Shown here: one piece after another, positions 39,669 through 48,980 of the stretch
Layout: the number at the start of each line of letters is the position of its first letter
How positions within the stretch are numbered: the first letter of the stretch is position 1
Sequence record: NZ_CP142098.1
Length of the DNA stretch: 64,000 bases
From: a plasmid
Reading direction: 5' to 3' (one strand)
Notes under the pieces: generated by a model
The model's input: the letters and a program-made list of their open reading frames with translations, nothing else
Database searches by the model: none
Told to the model about the DNA's origin: nothing
Translations under genes and position numbers: made by a program

Positions 39669-39920
39669 ATGCCAAATATCATTCTGAGTGACACAAGTGC
39701 GAGCATCAGCGAGCTGAAGAAAAACCCAATGGAAACCGTTGGCGCCGGCGCCGGGTTTCCGGTGGCCATACTGAACCGCAATAAGCCAGAATTTTATTGC
39801 GTGCCGGCGGCGCTCTACGAGCAAATGCTCGATGCCCTCGATGATCAGGAGCTGGTGAAATTGGTCAATGAGCGTCGTAGCGAAGCGCTGGTTGATATCG
39901 ATCTGGATCAGTTCGCATGA
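39669..39920 (+). CDS. Phd/YefM-family antitoxin
   Basis: 83-aa protein (MPNIILSDTSASISELKKNPMETV…) with the Phd/YefM N-terminus. Overlaps the toxin start by 4 nt. Confidence 0.8.
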   Translation: MPNIILSDTSASISELKKNPMETVGAGAGFPVAILNRNKPEFYCVPAALYEQMLDALDDQELVKLVNERRSEALVDIDLDQFA

Positions 39921-40204
39921 CGTATACGGTCAAATTTCGTGAGTCGGCGCTGAAAGAGTGGGGCAAGCTGGACAAATCGCTGCAGCAGCAGTTCGCCAAA
40001 AAGCTGAAAAAATGCTGCGAGAACCCGCATATTCCGTCAGCAAAACTGCGGGGGATGCCGGGATGTTACAAAATCAAGCTGCGCGCCTCGGGGTTTCGTC
40101 TGGTTTACGAAGTGATCGACGATTGCCTGATTATCGCGGTGGTTGCCGTCGGCAAACGTGAGCGCGGCGATGTGTACCAGCTGGCCAGTGAACGTCTTAA
40201 ATAA
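39917..40204 (+). CDS. RelE/ParE-family toxin
   Basis: 95 aa. …WGKLDKSLQQQFAKKLKK…GCYKIKLRASGFRLVYEVIDDCLIIAVVAVGKRER is the RelE/StbE fold signature. Confidence 0.8.
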   Translation: MTYTVKFRESALKEWGKLDKSLQQQFAKKLKKCCENPHIPSAKLRGMPGCYKIKLRASGFRLVYEVIDDCLIIAVVAVGKRERGDVYQLASERLK

Positions 40205-40297
40205 AAAACCATGCAGGCAATTGGCCTGCATTAATCTCACTGCGGATAATAACGAGAATTTACTGTCGTACAGGCAGATGCATTAAAATTAAGCTAT

Positions 40298-40812
40298 GAG
40301 CTTCCTCCGGTGTCTGGCCGCACGCGTCCAGCCATCAGCCCAACTCGACTAGCCGCCCGCCTGCGGTCGTCAAGTCTCGCCGAACCCGCGTTGCGGTTTC
40401 GGGCCAGTCGGCTATGGTCTGAAAGCCAACTGCAACATCAAAGACTAGCGCTTGCAGCCGGCGATGCCGGCGCCGCTTTGACTGCCCGCCCGCTAATGCG
40501 GCCGTTCGCTAAGGCAGCCAGGCTAAAGGCCTGGCACTTTCTGGTGTATCCCCTCATGCCCGGCATCCGCGCAGAGAGACTGTCCCCGTGACAGACGCTG
40601 AGCCGGGGCGCCGCCGGCACAAGGGTACGCGTTGCCGGCGTCCTCACCCGTTCGCACTCCCTTCCTCCCTGCGGTCGTTTGGTCGCTTGCGCTGCGGCCT
40701 GCGGCGCCGCCCTTGTACCGTCAGCTGATACCCCGTCTCGGTCTTGTTGTCACGGCGCCAGGCTCCCCGCGCCGGCGAAAGCCAAAAGGGGAATACACCA
40801 GAAAGAAGCCGT
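40298..40812. promoter_or_regulatory. Leading-region modular repeat copy F (M1+M2+M3, the longest copy)
   Basis: Contains all three modules. M2+M3 is near-identical to copies A and D. Confidence 0.55.
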
Positions 40813-40841
40813 TGCGGCTTCTGAGTTACTGACTAACGGGA

Positions 40842-41306
40842 GTGGTTATGTCAACGATCGAGCAACAGCAGCAACAACAAATGGTTTTTTATATTCCGGG
40901 AACAACGTGGCCACTGGATGTCGCAATCTGGCTGGAAGATCGCTTTGTCACGTCGTCAGGCAAAACGCTTGAACAGCTACAGCAGCGTAATCCTGCATGT
41001 GTTCTGGTGTCGTATGAAGAAGCGAAGCGCGGGATGTATGAGGCCGCAAGTCTGCCTGTCCGTCGTATCAGCAAAGATGAGTACATGGACAAGTTGGAGA
41101 TGTTGCCGCCGCTCGATTGGAAGTATTTTGATGGCCAAGAATCTTTCAAGATGATGGAAATGTATTGCGGGAATATTACCGATATTTTCGCCCAGCTTGG
41201 CAATAGCTATTTTGCGATGCGCGATCATGTTTCGTTACCACATGCTGAGATCATGCAGCGTGTGCGTACATTTATAGATGCCGAGTCTGCGGCCGTAGCA
41301 GCCTGA
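40842..41306 (+). CDS. Hypothetical leading-region protein (154 aa, poly-Gln near the N-terminus)
   Basis: ORF downstream of repeat copy F. Confidence 0.45.
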   Translation: MVMSTIEQQQQQQMVFYIPGTTWPLDVAIWLEDRFVTSSGKTLEQLQQRNPACVLVSYEEAKRGMYEAASLPVRRISKDEYMDKLEMLPPLDWKYFDGQESFKMMEMYCGNITDIFAQLGNSYFAMRDHVSLPHAEIMQRVRTFIDAESAAVAA

Positions 41307-41363
41307 ATAGTTTCCCTCGGTGTTAGCAACACCGGGGGATCCTCGATAAGAAGGAAATCGACA

Positions 41364-41513
41364 ATGATTATTGATGACTATATCGCGGCAATCGGTCGTA
41401 AAATTTGGGAACAATGGCAAGAAAATAAACCGGTAATTATTCCAGCTCTTAAAGGTTTTGAGTGGGCACAGTTGCTCCGCTACTTAGAACTAAAACGGGG
41501 CTATGCGTGTTGA
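41364..41513 (+). CDS. Small protein (49 aa), missed by the ORF track
   Basis: Strong AAGGAA ribosome-binding site 8 nt upstream of the ATG. Followed by an intrinsic terminator. Confidence 0.35.
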   Translation: MIIDDYIAAIGRKIWEQWQENKPVIIPALKGFEWAQLLRYLELKRGYAC

Positions 41514-41530
41514 CTCATGATATGAACTGA

Positions 41531-41557
41531 GCCACCCAATTGGGTGGCTTTTTATTT
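41531..41557 (+). terminator. Rho-independent terminator
   Basis: gccaccca-att-tgggtggc perfect hairpin followed by ttttta. Confidence 0.7.
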
Positions 41558-41940
41558 CGGCTGTCGCCTGTCTGCGGCGTCGAGCCGCTGACAGGCGAAC
41601 AAAGCGCTTGCAGCGGGCTGAGCCCGCGCCGCTTTTGCAGTTTCCATCAAGATGAAAACTGTAAGGCTATCAGGCTCCGCCTGATGTTACGTTTTGGTGT
41701 TTCCATTTCCTCTGCGGTGCTTAGCGGCATGTCTTTTGCTGTGACAGACCTTGTGCCGGGGCACCTACATCGCAAGGGTTCGCTACCGCCGTCCATCCTC
41801 GCCCGTTCGCACTCACTCAACGCAGTTTCGTTCGCTTGCGCATGCGGCCTGCGGTGTCGCCCATGCGTTGCAGGTTTATACCCCGTCACGGTCATTGCGT
41901 CACAGCACAAGACGCGCCGCTCCGGCAAAACCGGAATAAA
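41545..41940. promoter_or_regulatory. Leading-region repeat copy G (variant M2/M3)
   Basis: …cgctaccgccgtccatcctcgcccgttcgcactcac…cgcttgcgcatgcggcctgcgg…. Confidence 0.5.
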
Positions 41941-41968
41941 TGGCAACACCGAAAACAGACTGAAGGGG

Positions 41969-42796
41969 ATGAATATGAAGCGACTGTATAGCGGATTTCG
42001 CCAGGCAAATGTGATCCGCCAAACTCGACCATTGACAAATGATGAGTTATTCCGTCACGTACCAAGTGTTTTCTCTGAAGAAAAACATGCATCACGTAGT
42101 GAGCGTTATACCTACATACCAACGATTAATTTGTTGGATAGACTCCGCGAAGAAGGTTTCCATCCATTTTATGCTTGCCAAACAAAAGTTCGCGATGATG
42201 ATAAACGTGGTCACACGCGGCACATGCTAAGGCTTCGTAGAAATGGTTTCGGTCAAAATGATGAGGTTCCTGAGATTATTTTACTTAATAGTCACGATGG
42301 GAGTAGCAGCTATCAAATGATTCCGGGCATATTTAGATTTGTTTGTAACAACGGTTTAGTGTGCGGCGACACGTTCGGGGAAGTCCGTGTTCCACACAAA
42401 GGGGATGTTGTTGGAAGAGTGATTGATGGTGCTTATGAAGTGCTAAGTTTTTTTGAAAAAGTAACGGATTCTCGTGATGAAATGAAGGCGGTTATTCTTG
42501 ATAAGAACGAGCAACATGTGTTTGCTGATGCCGCATTAGGGTACAAATATTTTGGAGAGCATCAACCAATAACAGCAGAACAGGTGCTGAGTCCACGACG
42601 CTGGCAGGATAAGAAAGATGATTTGTGGACAACGTTTCAAAGGGTGCAAGAAAACATAATAAAAGGTGAAATACCTGGAATCAGCGCCAACGGAAAGCGA
42701 AACAGAACTCGTGCAGTCAATAGCATAACTGGCGATGTAAAGCTCAATAATGCGTTGTGGAAAATGGCAGAAACCATGAAAAACCTGAAGTCGTAA
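41969..42796 (+). CDS. DUF932-family protein (leading-region protein)
   Basis: 276 aa from MNMKRLYSGFRQ…. The longer TTG-initiated ORF in the track runs through repeat copy G and is unlikely. Confidence 0.55.
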   Translation: MNMKRLYSGFRQANVIRQTRPLTNDELFRHVPSVFSEEKHASRSERYTYIPTINLLDRLREEGFHPFYACQTKVRDDDKRGHTRHMLRLRRNGFGQNDEVPEIILLNSHDGSSSYQMIPGIFRFVCNNGLVCGDTFGEVRVPHKGDVVGRVIDGAYEVLSFFEKVTDSRDEMKAVILDKNEQHVFADAALGYKYFGEHQPITAEQVLSPRRWQDKKDDLWTTFQRVQENIIKGEIPGISANGKRNRTRAVNSITGDVKLNNALWKMAETMKNLKS

Positions 42797-42818
42797 TGAT
42801 AGGGTTCTGGCGGTTTAA

Positions 42819-43145
42819 ATGCCGCCAGAAATTAAAAATATGAAAAGACAAATTGAATTTAAACGATGCCTTGTTTGCAGTACAGAACACTTGACTTATG
42901 AAGATAACTTGCTTTTAAGTAAAGCAACAAGTGAAAACTGGGTTTTTGGTTATGACTACGGGTTTGTTATTGATTTATGGAAAAGACATCATTTTGTTTT
43001 GCATGCAAAACGATTCGGATTATCTAAAGATTTCAGAAAATTGATTTTTACTCTTATAAAAAAGTATGAAATAGAAATGATACAGTTCGATTGTGATGCT
43101 GATATTATAGAAGGAGTTAAGTTGCATAAATCTGACTACTGGTGA
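42819..43145 (+). CDS. Low-GC hypothetical protein (about 100 aa)
   Basis: ORF only. Nearest plus-strand gene to oriT. Confidence 0.35.
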   Translation: MPPEIKNMKRQIEFKRCLVCSTEHLTYEDNLLLSKATSENWVFGYDYGFVIDLWKRHHFVLHAKRFGLSKDFRKLIFTLIKKYEIEMIQFDCDADIIEGVKLHKSDYW

Positions 43146-43152
43146 CCCGTTT

Positions 43153-43186
43153 TATCCGGTATCGGCATTGAACCGATACCGGATAA
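43153..43186. terminator. Bidirectional hairpin between convergent genes
   Basis: ttatccggtatcgg-cattgaa-ccgataccggataa, 14-bp perfect stem. Confidence 0.55.
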
Positions 43187-43216
43187 TCTGTCGTCATTGT
43201 GCATTAAAAAAGAAAT

Positions 43217-43531
43217 TCATACCTGTGATGATTCTGTTTTGTTTTTATCTTTGATATGACTATTTCTCTTCTTTCCTGATTTGATTGTGCTTGTGTTTTT
43301 TATAATTTCATTTATGGCTCTCTCACTGACAACGATTTCACAGCTTTCAAGTGCAGATTTGATATCTTTTGCTGTGTAACCTTTTTGCGTTGCTAGCGAT
43401 ATGATCTGTCCCTTAAGTTCATCCAAAACTTCCTTGGAACTTAATCTCTCTTTGCTCAAGTCCGGCAACTCTGTTAGAGCTACTTTTGCCAACTCAACTT
43501 GTTCTTGACTGTATTGGTTCTTAGCCGCCAT
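43217..43531 (-). CDS. Low-GC hypothetical helical/basic protein (possible DNA-binding protein)
   Basis: 104 aa with a Lys-rich C-terminus. Confidence 0.4.
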   Translation of the reverse strand: MAAKNQYSQEQVELAKVALTELPDLSKERLSSKEVLDELKGQIISLATQKGYTAKDIKSALESCEIVVSERAINEIIKNTSTIKSGKKRNSHIKDKNKTESSQV

Positions 43532-43599
43532 TTCTCTTTCCTGTGTTAGTCATCAATCAACATTGTGTATCAATGATATACGTCAGCGTCATCATGACA

Positions 43600-43800
43600 C
43601 AACAGGCAAATTTGTTCTCCCATGGTGTAATGACAATCCAGGCAAAGTAGGCCATAATACGCTAGTCCGGTCTCAAACACGGGACAGGATATGTTTTGTA
43701 GCACCGCCTGCACGCAGTCGGCTCTACAAAACGTCCTGGTCAGGGCAGAGCCCCGACACCCCACGAGACTGTAAACTGACGAGACTGATAGGGATAACAT
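43600..43800. other. Candidate oriT of the IncI-like transfer system
   Basis: Non-coding region immediately upstream of nikA. Inverted repeat ttttgtag…ctacaaaa (43694-43731) encloses a near-palindrome ctgcacgcag. Confidence 0.45.
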
Positions 43801-43804
43801 CACC

Positions 43805-44146
43805 ATGAGTAAAAGCGAGCGCCGGAACAGAACAGCCCTGCTGCCCAGCATTCGTTGCTTCCCAGAGGAAAAGTCAGTGATCCAGGAAAAGGCGACCGCG
43901 GCCGGTTTAAGTATCGGGGCGTACATGCTTAAGTGTGGCCTCGGTCGCCGAATCGATGCTCGTTGTGACGTTGAGCTCATCAATGAACTACGCCGTTTAG
44001 GTGGCCTTCAAAAACACCTCTTCAACGAGGGGAAGGGAAATGTAAGTGATGCTTTCAGCAAGCAGTATTCGGATGTGCTTGTTGCGATAAAAAAAGCCAT
44101 CATCGCAATCGATATGGGCATGACCAATGAAGGTGATAAGGCATGA
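43805..44146 (+). CDS. nikA: Relaxosome accessory protein NikA (ribbon-helix-helix)
   Basis: 113 aa. …GAYMLKCGLGRRIDARCD…LRRLGGLQKHLFNEGKG… is collinear with R64 NikA (…MRLGRMQKHLF…). Confidence 0.7.
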   Translation: MSKSERRNRTALLPSIRCFPEEKSVIQEKATAAGLSIGAYMLKCGLGRRIDARCDVELINELRRLGGLQKHLFNEGKGNVSDAFSKQYSDVLVAIKKAIIAIDMGMTNEGDKA

Positions 44147-46071
44147 TTCCTATCGTTCCTGAGAAGCGAAGAGATGGCCGCTCCAGCTTCATTCAGTTGG
44201 TCAGTTATCTGACTCTGCGCGATGAGGATAAGCCTGATTTGCCTATCTCTCCTGAGAATCCCTATGTTCGTCCATCGCGTTCAAAGGCTGCAATCTTTGA
44301 CCGCCTGGTAGGGTATCTTGATCGTAATGCTGGGGGGGGTCAGCAGACCCTTTTGGCTATGTTTGCAGACGGTACGCAGCAGGTTAAATCAGGCGAAGTG
44401 GTGTGTGAAACGAACTGCTTCAGTCTGGAAACTGCATCGGCGGAGATGAACGCCGTGGCTATGCAGAACACTCGCTGCGTCGACCCGGTTTATCACTGTA
44501 TTCTTTCGTGGCGTGAAGAGGACACTCCGACCGATCAGCAAATTTTCGAGAGTGCGCGTTATTGCATTAATCAGCTGGGAATGGCTGATCATCAGTACGT
44601 GTTTGCTGTCCATCGAGACACCGATAACGTCCATTGCCATATCGCGGTTAATCGTATCCATCCCGAGTCCTATCGTGCGGCTAACATGTATAAAGATGTC
44701 GACACACTTCACAAAGCCTGTCGTCATCTTGAGTTGAAGCATGGGTTTACACCTGATAATGGTGCATGGAAAGTAAATGAACATCAGCAGGTTGTTCGTA
44801 GCCAAAATGAATTCAAATGTATCCCACGTAAGGCTCGGCAGCTGGAGTATTATGCCGACTCAGAAAGCCTCTTTAGTTATGCTGTAGGTGAATGCCGTCA
44901 AGCGATTGGCGACATCATGGCAGATCCTGAACGCCTATCCTGGCAGAACCTCCATAATGAATTGAATCGTGCAGGCCTTGTATTGAAACAAAAGGGGGAA
45001 GGGTTAGCCATCTACTCGATTCAGGATTCGAGCTTGCCTCCTATTAAGGCAAGCGGCTTGCATCCTGATCTTACACGTTCCTGCATGGAACCGTATTTGG
45101 GGGAGTTCACTTCCGCGCTTGATGTTGACGCTGTGGCATCTCCTAAGCATCCAGAATACGTATATGACCCGCGTTTCCACGCACGCGATCTGATGGCTCG
45201 GGTTGAACGTCGCCAGGCTAGGGCTGAAGCAAGAGCAGATCTTAAAGCCCGTTATCAGGCGTACAAATCGGCATGGGTTCGTCCAAAATTGGATGCTGAT
45301 GAAATCAAAGCCAGGTATAAAAACATGTCCAAACGTTTTGCCTGGCGTAAGGCTAAAGCACGCGTTGAATTACGCGATCCCCTTTTGAGAAAACTGACTT
45401 ATCACATTATTGAAGTTGAGCGGATGAAGGCTATGGCCGCATTGCGATTGGCCATCAAGGAAGAACGACAGGCGTTCAAAGCTGCTCCGGAAAACCGACG
45501 TCTGTCATATAGAGGTTGGGTTGAACAACAGGCGTTGATGCACGATCAGGCCGCAATTGCTCAGTTGCGTGGATGGTCCTATAGATTGAAACGCTCATCC
45601 CTGACTCCTAGCGTTTCTTTGAACGGGATCCGTTTCGCGGTATCGGATGACAGCAAACCATTAGCCATAGACGGTTACCAGACCCGAATCATGCGAGACG
45701 GTGTTGTTCAGTATGTTCAGAATGGGGTTGTTCAATTGCAGGATCGTGGTGAGCGCATTGAGGTTGCCGATTCACAGGTTATGGATGGGCAGCACATTAT
45801 TACCGGGCTGGTGATAGCGCAGAGTAAATCGGGTGAGGAGATGGTACTGGAGGGCGATCGTCAATATGTCCAACAATCTTGCGAACTTGTCTCTTGGTTT
45901 AATGAAGAGTCAGGAACCTCCCTGCCATTAACAGAAACCAGTCAAAGAACGCTTGCAGGGTATGGATCATTGCCAACCGAAAATTCTCACGGAGCAACTG
46001 ATTCTAGTGTTAACGAGCAGCGTGAACTGGATGGTTATATCCAGCGGCCAAATGGTCCTCGTCCACACTAA
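44143..46071 (+). CDS. nikB: MOBP-family relaxase (NikB-like)
   Basis: Histidine-triad motif HRDTDNVHCHIAVNRI and an N-terminal relaxase domain. Overlaps the nikA stop. Confidence 0.85.
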   Translation: MIPIVPEKRRDGRSSFIQLVSYLTLRDEDKPDLPISPENPYVRPSRSKAAIFDRLVGYLDRNAGGGQQTLLAMFADGTQQVKSGEVVCETNCFSLETASAEMNAVAMQNTRCVDPVYHCILSWREEDTPTDQQIFESARYCINQLGMADHQYVFAVHRDTDNVHCHIAVNRIHPESYRAANMYKDVDTLHKACRHLELKHGFTPDNGAWKVNEHQQVVRSQNEFKCIPRKARQLEYYADSESLFSYAVGECRQAIGDIMADPERLSWQNLHNELNRAGLVLKQKGEGLAIYSIQDSSLPPIKASGLHPDLTRSCMEPYLGEFTSALDVDAVASPKHPEYVYDPRFHARDLMARVERRQARAEARADLKARYQAYKSAWVRPKLDADEIKARYKNMSKRFAWRKAKARVELRDPLLRKLTYHIIEVERMKAMAALRLAIKEERQAFKAAPENRRLSYRGWVEQQALMHDQAAIAQLRGWSYRLKRSSLTPSVSLNGIRFAVSDDSKPLAIDGYQTRIMRDGVVQYVQNGVVQLQDRGERIEVADSQVMDGQHIITGLVIAQSKSGEEMVLEGDRQYVQQSCELVSWFNEESGTSLPLTETSQRTLAGYGSLPTENSHGATDSSVNEQRELDGYIQRPNGPRPH

Positions 46072-46086
46072 TTTTTTGAAAAAAAA

Positions 46087-46121
46087 ACCGACTGCAGGCC
46101 TGATAACCTGAGTCGGCTTTT
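46087..46121. terminator. Bidirectional terminator hairpin between nikB and the convergent gene
   Basis: ccgactgcagg…cctgagtcgg stem flanked by an A-run and a T-run. Confidence 0.45.
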
Positions 46122-46123
46122 CA

Positions 46124-46441
46124 TTAATGGAGGCGTGAGTATAACGTCTTCAGCATGGGTTGATAGGCTTGCCAACCCTCGTCATCGTTCCCTTCCAGCT
46201 CTGTGAACATATCAATAAGACGGTGAAAAACATTGTCATGCTTTTCTTCAGTAAGTACATCGGGAGCTGGAAAATGGTTGAGTAGCCTGGCAGCTTCGTC
46301 ATGCAACGTTTCGATGTGAGTTTGTGATTTTTGATCTTCCGTATTCTTTAATTTTTTCTCTGCCAGGACTATCAACAGGGTGGCGCATAGTCGAACCATC
46401 TCAATGTACCCGCGTTGATAGTCCATGGTGTCTTCACTCAT
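46124..46441 (-). CDS. Hypothetical acidic protein (105 aa)
   Basis: ORF only. Confidence 0.35.
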   Translation of the reverse strand: MSEDTMDYQRGYIEMVRLCATLLIVLAEKKLKNTEDQKSQTHIETLHDEAARLLNHFPAPDVLTEEKHDNVFHRLIDMFTELEGNDDEGWQAYQPMLKTLYSRLH

Positions 46442-46731
46442 TTTTGTGCCTCAATATCCTGGGGGTTACGGTTGGCTTTCACGCCAAAGCCGTTCGAATT
46501 CTTTCTGGTATATTGCAACCAGATTAGGTTGATTGTGAATGACCAAGACGTACTCAGCATTTTTACGGCGGCAGCTGAATAGTTATAGCTTCCCAGCTGC
46601 ACAGTATTATCAACGTTCAACATCAGCTTATTGTGCATGATGACGTATTGGCCATTGCTACGTACAAAGATACCTTTGTTGGTAAGGCAAGTGGCAACGA
46701 TATATTTTGCGTTAGCCTTGGCTTCTACCAC
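46438..46731 (-). pseudogene. nuc: Fragment of a PLD-family endonuclease (Nuc-like)
   Basis: HxKx4D phospholipase-D motif (VIMHNKLMLNVD). Only about 97 aa. An in-frame stop lies immediately upstream, so the signal peptide and N-terminal half are missing. Confidence 0.5.
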
Positions 46732-46799
46732 AATGCGGAATTTTACTCCTCGGCGTTTTGCTGCAACAAGGCGCAGCTATTGCGGCAGCCGTTTGGCAT

Positions 46800-48980
46800 T
46801 TACCCATATCGCTCCTCTCGATGGTGTTCGGACGTAGCGAGAGCCTTCGCTATGTCCTTTGACACTCTTATTGGTTTTGGCGCCGTAGGTTGTTGTTTCC
46901 AACGTCGCTTGTGCAGCTTCAATGCCACCCTGGCGGCTTCAAACAGTAAAATACCGCGTTGTGCTGGCGTATAACTGACGTCTGCCCGGTGATTAAGATC
47001 CAGAGATAGCGCCACTACGCTTTGCAATACAGGGTCCATCAGGCCGTTGCAGGTTGTTTGAGATGGTGGCGATTCCAGGCGTGTAAGGATGGTTTCGACT
47101 TCTTGTGCGGACGGCGGCAGCTTTTTCTTGAGTGTGGGGTTTGCATCCAACAGTTCAGCCTCTGTTGGCATATCTAGGTTCACAAACCGGTTGATACGCA
47201 TTGGCAGTGCTGAAGTCATCTTATCGTCATCTTGGATATAGATGGCATTACTTGGGATCAGTGCGCTTTTGAAAGAGATCATACCTTCGCCAGGGTTCAT
47301 ATCTTTCAAATCCCCCAAATCGAGACGGTCCTTTTCCCTAATGACGTTACTGCCAGCATCCTCGAAGTGTGGGGTGATCAGCCCGCCCTGTTGCTCTACG
47401 GCTCCGAGCTCAGAATAGTACCCTTTACCGCCGGTAATCCGTGCAAGTTCGAAGGTATCCTTCTCGTCCTGCAACGTCATGAACCACTTTGTCAGTAGGT
47501 TGGCGTTTACGGTCATGTACTCGCCCTTGTGCTCGGCGATGAAACGTTGAATGTCCTGTGCAGATACGATGAGCATATAGCCCAGACTGCGCATCTGGCT
47601 TGCCAGATTATCCATGCCAGGACCGAAATAGGCGCCCAGCTCGTCCATGGCGATCGGGAACGGGAAATTTCCTTTGTATTTTTTGACGATCAACACATCG
47701 TTCATCATGCCCTCAAGCTCAAACCCCAAATCTCTGGCCATGGTCATGCGTATCGCCGAAATGTAGAGTTTGCCAATATTGGCAGCTTCGCCTTTAGATA
47801 ACTCCAACGCAGGAATTGTGGTGCAGAGGATGCGGTCGTTATGCAGAACGTCCTCAATATCGACGTCGCCGGCGTCAGTAGAAAAAATATGGCCGTAGAG
47901 ATCGTTAAACATGGTCAGCATGCGGTTGAATTGCTGAATGAGGTAGCCATGCTGGTCGTAAACCCCTTGTTCCCACTCAGAGGGGCGGCTGATCAGTTCG
48001 ATTCTAAAGCCTGCCAGAGTGTTGAAGTAGTTCTCCAGCGGGTTATAAGCCTCCTGATGCCAACCATCTCTTTTAGCTTCCAGATAAAGCTCCGCCAGTT
48101 TTCTCAGCGGTAAGTATTCCTGAATGACCCTTTGCGAGATCCGCCGCTTTTCGCGTTTGCACTTGTAGTAAACGGCATATACCAAAGCGGCAAGCATTGA
48201 TTTGGCCTTGTCTTGCCAGCCTTGGTCGCCGCTGCCGGCAGGCGGCAACATGGATTCCATCAACTGAATGATGAACGTTGTGTTGGCAGTACCGAATAGA
48301 TTTATGGTGTTCGAGGGCTGTCGCTTTTTGTCATTGAGCAGCAGCTGCAGCAGCTTGTCGGAACCGCCTGTCATGAAGTTGAGGACGTAGAAATCATCCT
48401 CACGCCCAAAACGGCGTGCGAGTGACCACATGGCAAATGCCAAGGTATTCTGCCCCTTACCATCGGAATAACAGATCCCCCGTCCCCAACAGATGGCATT
48501 GAGGAAGACAGATAACAGCGCTTCTGTTTTTCCGGAACCTGTTGTTGCCAATAGCAACATGTGCCTCAGTGCATCATCGAGTGTCAACCACAGCTCGCGT
48601 GCAAGGGCTTTGCCCCTGGCAAATCCCAGGCACATCACACCGGCCGCGCGCTGGTATTTACGGGTTCGCACCACATAACGGAAAAATCCGCCAATGCCGT
48701 TACGATATTTTGGCATTTCACGTTCTGTAGTCAGATCCATGCCACCTATATCAGTAGGTAAACGGAGCGGCATGCGAAAAGGCTGATCGCCGAATAGCAT
48801 CAACTGAAGTAACGCCGCCGGCGTTGTGAGCAGCAATGAAGCAGGTGAATGTATAGCGAGTCCAATGGCGCCGGCGAGAGAAAGCTGAACGCCTATCGGT
48901 GAAAGTAATGCATCTTGAATGATGGTTTGGCCAAGGGGGCGTCGAACTCGACGGACATCGACTTCTACAGGCTGAGACAT
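46800..48980 (-). CDS. trbC: Type IV coupling protein (R64 TrbC / DotL-IcmO-like)
   Basis: 726 aa with Walker A LLLATTGSGKTEAL. Position and size match R64 trbC. Confidence 0.75.
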   Translation of the reverse strand: MSQPVEVDVRRVRRPLGQTIIQDALLSPIGVQLSLAGAIGLAIHSPASLLLTTPAALLQLMLFGDQPFRMPLRLPTDIGGMDLTTEREMPKYRNGIGGFFRYVVRTRKYQRAAGVMCLGFARGKALARELWLTLDDALRHMLLLATTGSGKTEALLSVFLNAICWGRGICYSDGKGQNTLAFAMWSLARRFGREDDFYVLNFMTGGSDKLLQLLLNDKKRQPSNTINLFGTANTTFIIQLMESMLPPAGSGDQGWQDKAKSMLAALVYAVYYKCKREKRRISQRVIQEYLPLRKLAELYLEAKRDGWHQEAYNPLENYFNTLAGFRIELISRPSEWEQGVYDQHGYLIQQFNRMLTMFNDLYGHIFSTDAGDVDIEDVLHNDRILCTTIPALELSKGEAANIGKLYISAIRMTMARDLGFELEGMMNDVLIVKKYKGNFPFPIAMDELGAYFGPGMDNLASQMRSLGYMLIVSAQDIQRFIAEHKGEYMTVNANLLTKWFMTLQDEKDTFELARITGGKGYYSELGAVEQQGGLITPHFEDAGSNVIREKDRLDLGDLKDMNPGEGMISFKSALIPSNAIYIQDDDKMTSALPMRINRFVNLDMPTEAELLDANPTLKKKLPPSAQEVETILTRLESPPSQTTCNGLMDPVLQSVVALSLDLNHRADVSYTPAQRGILLFEAARVALKLHKRRWKQQPTAPKPIRVSKDIAKALATSEHHREERYG

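Noticed and set aside
41540-41968. TTG-initiated 418-aa version of the DUF932 gene
   Set aside because: The N-terminal 143 residues would be translated from repeat copy G. The ATG at 41969 gives a full-length DUF932 protein.
46633-46974. 113-aa plus-strand ORF
   Set aside because: It overlaps the antisense of the Nuc fragment and the trbC 3' end. No supporting features.
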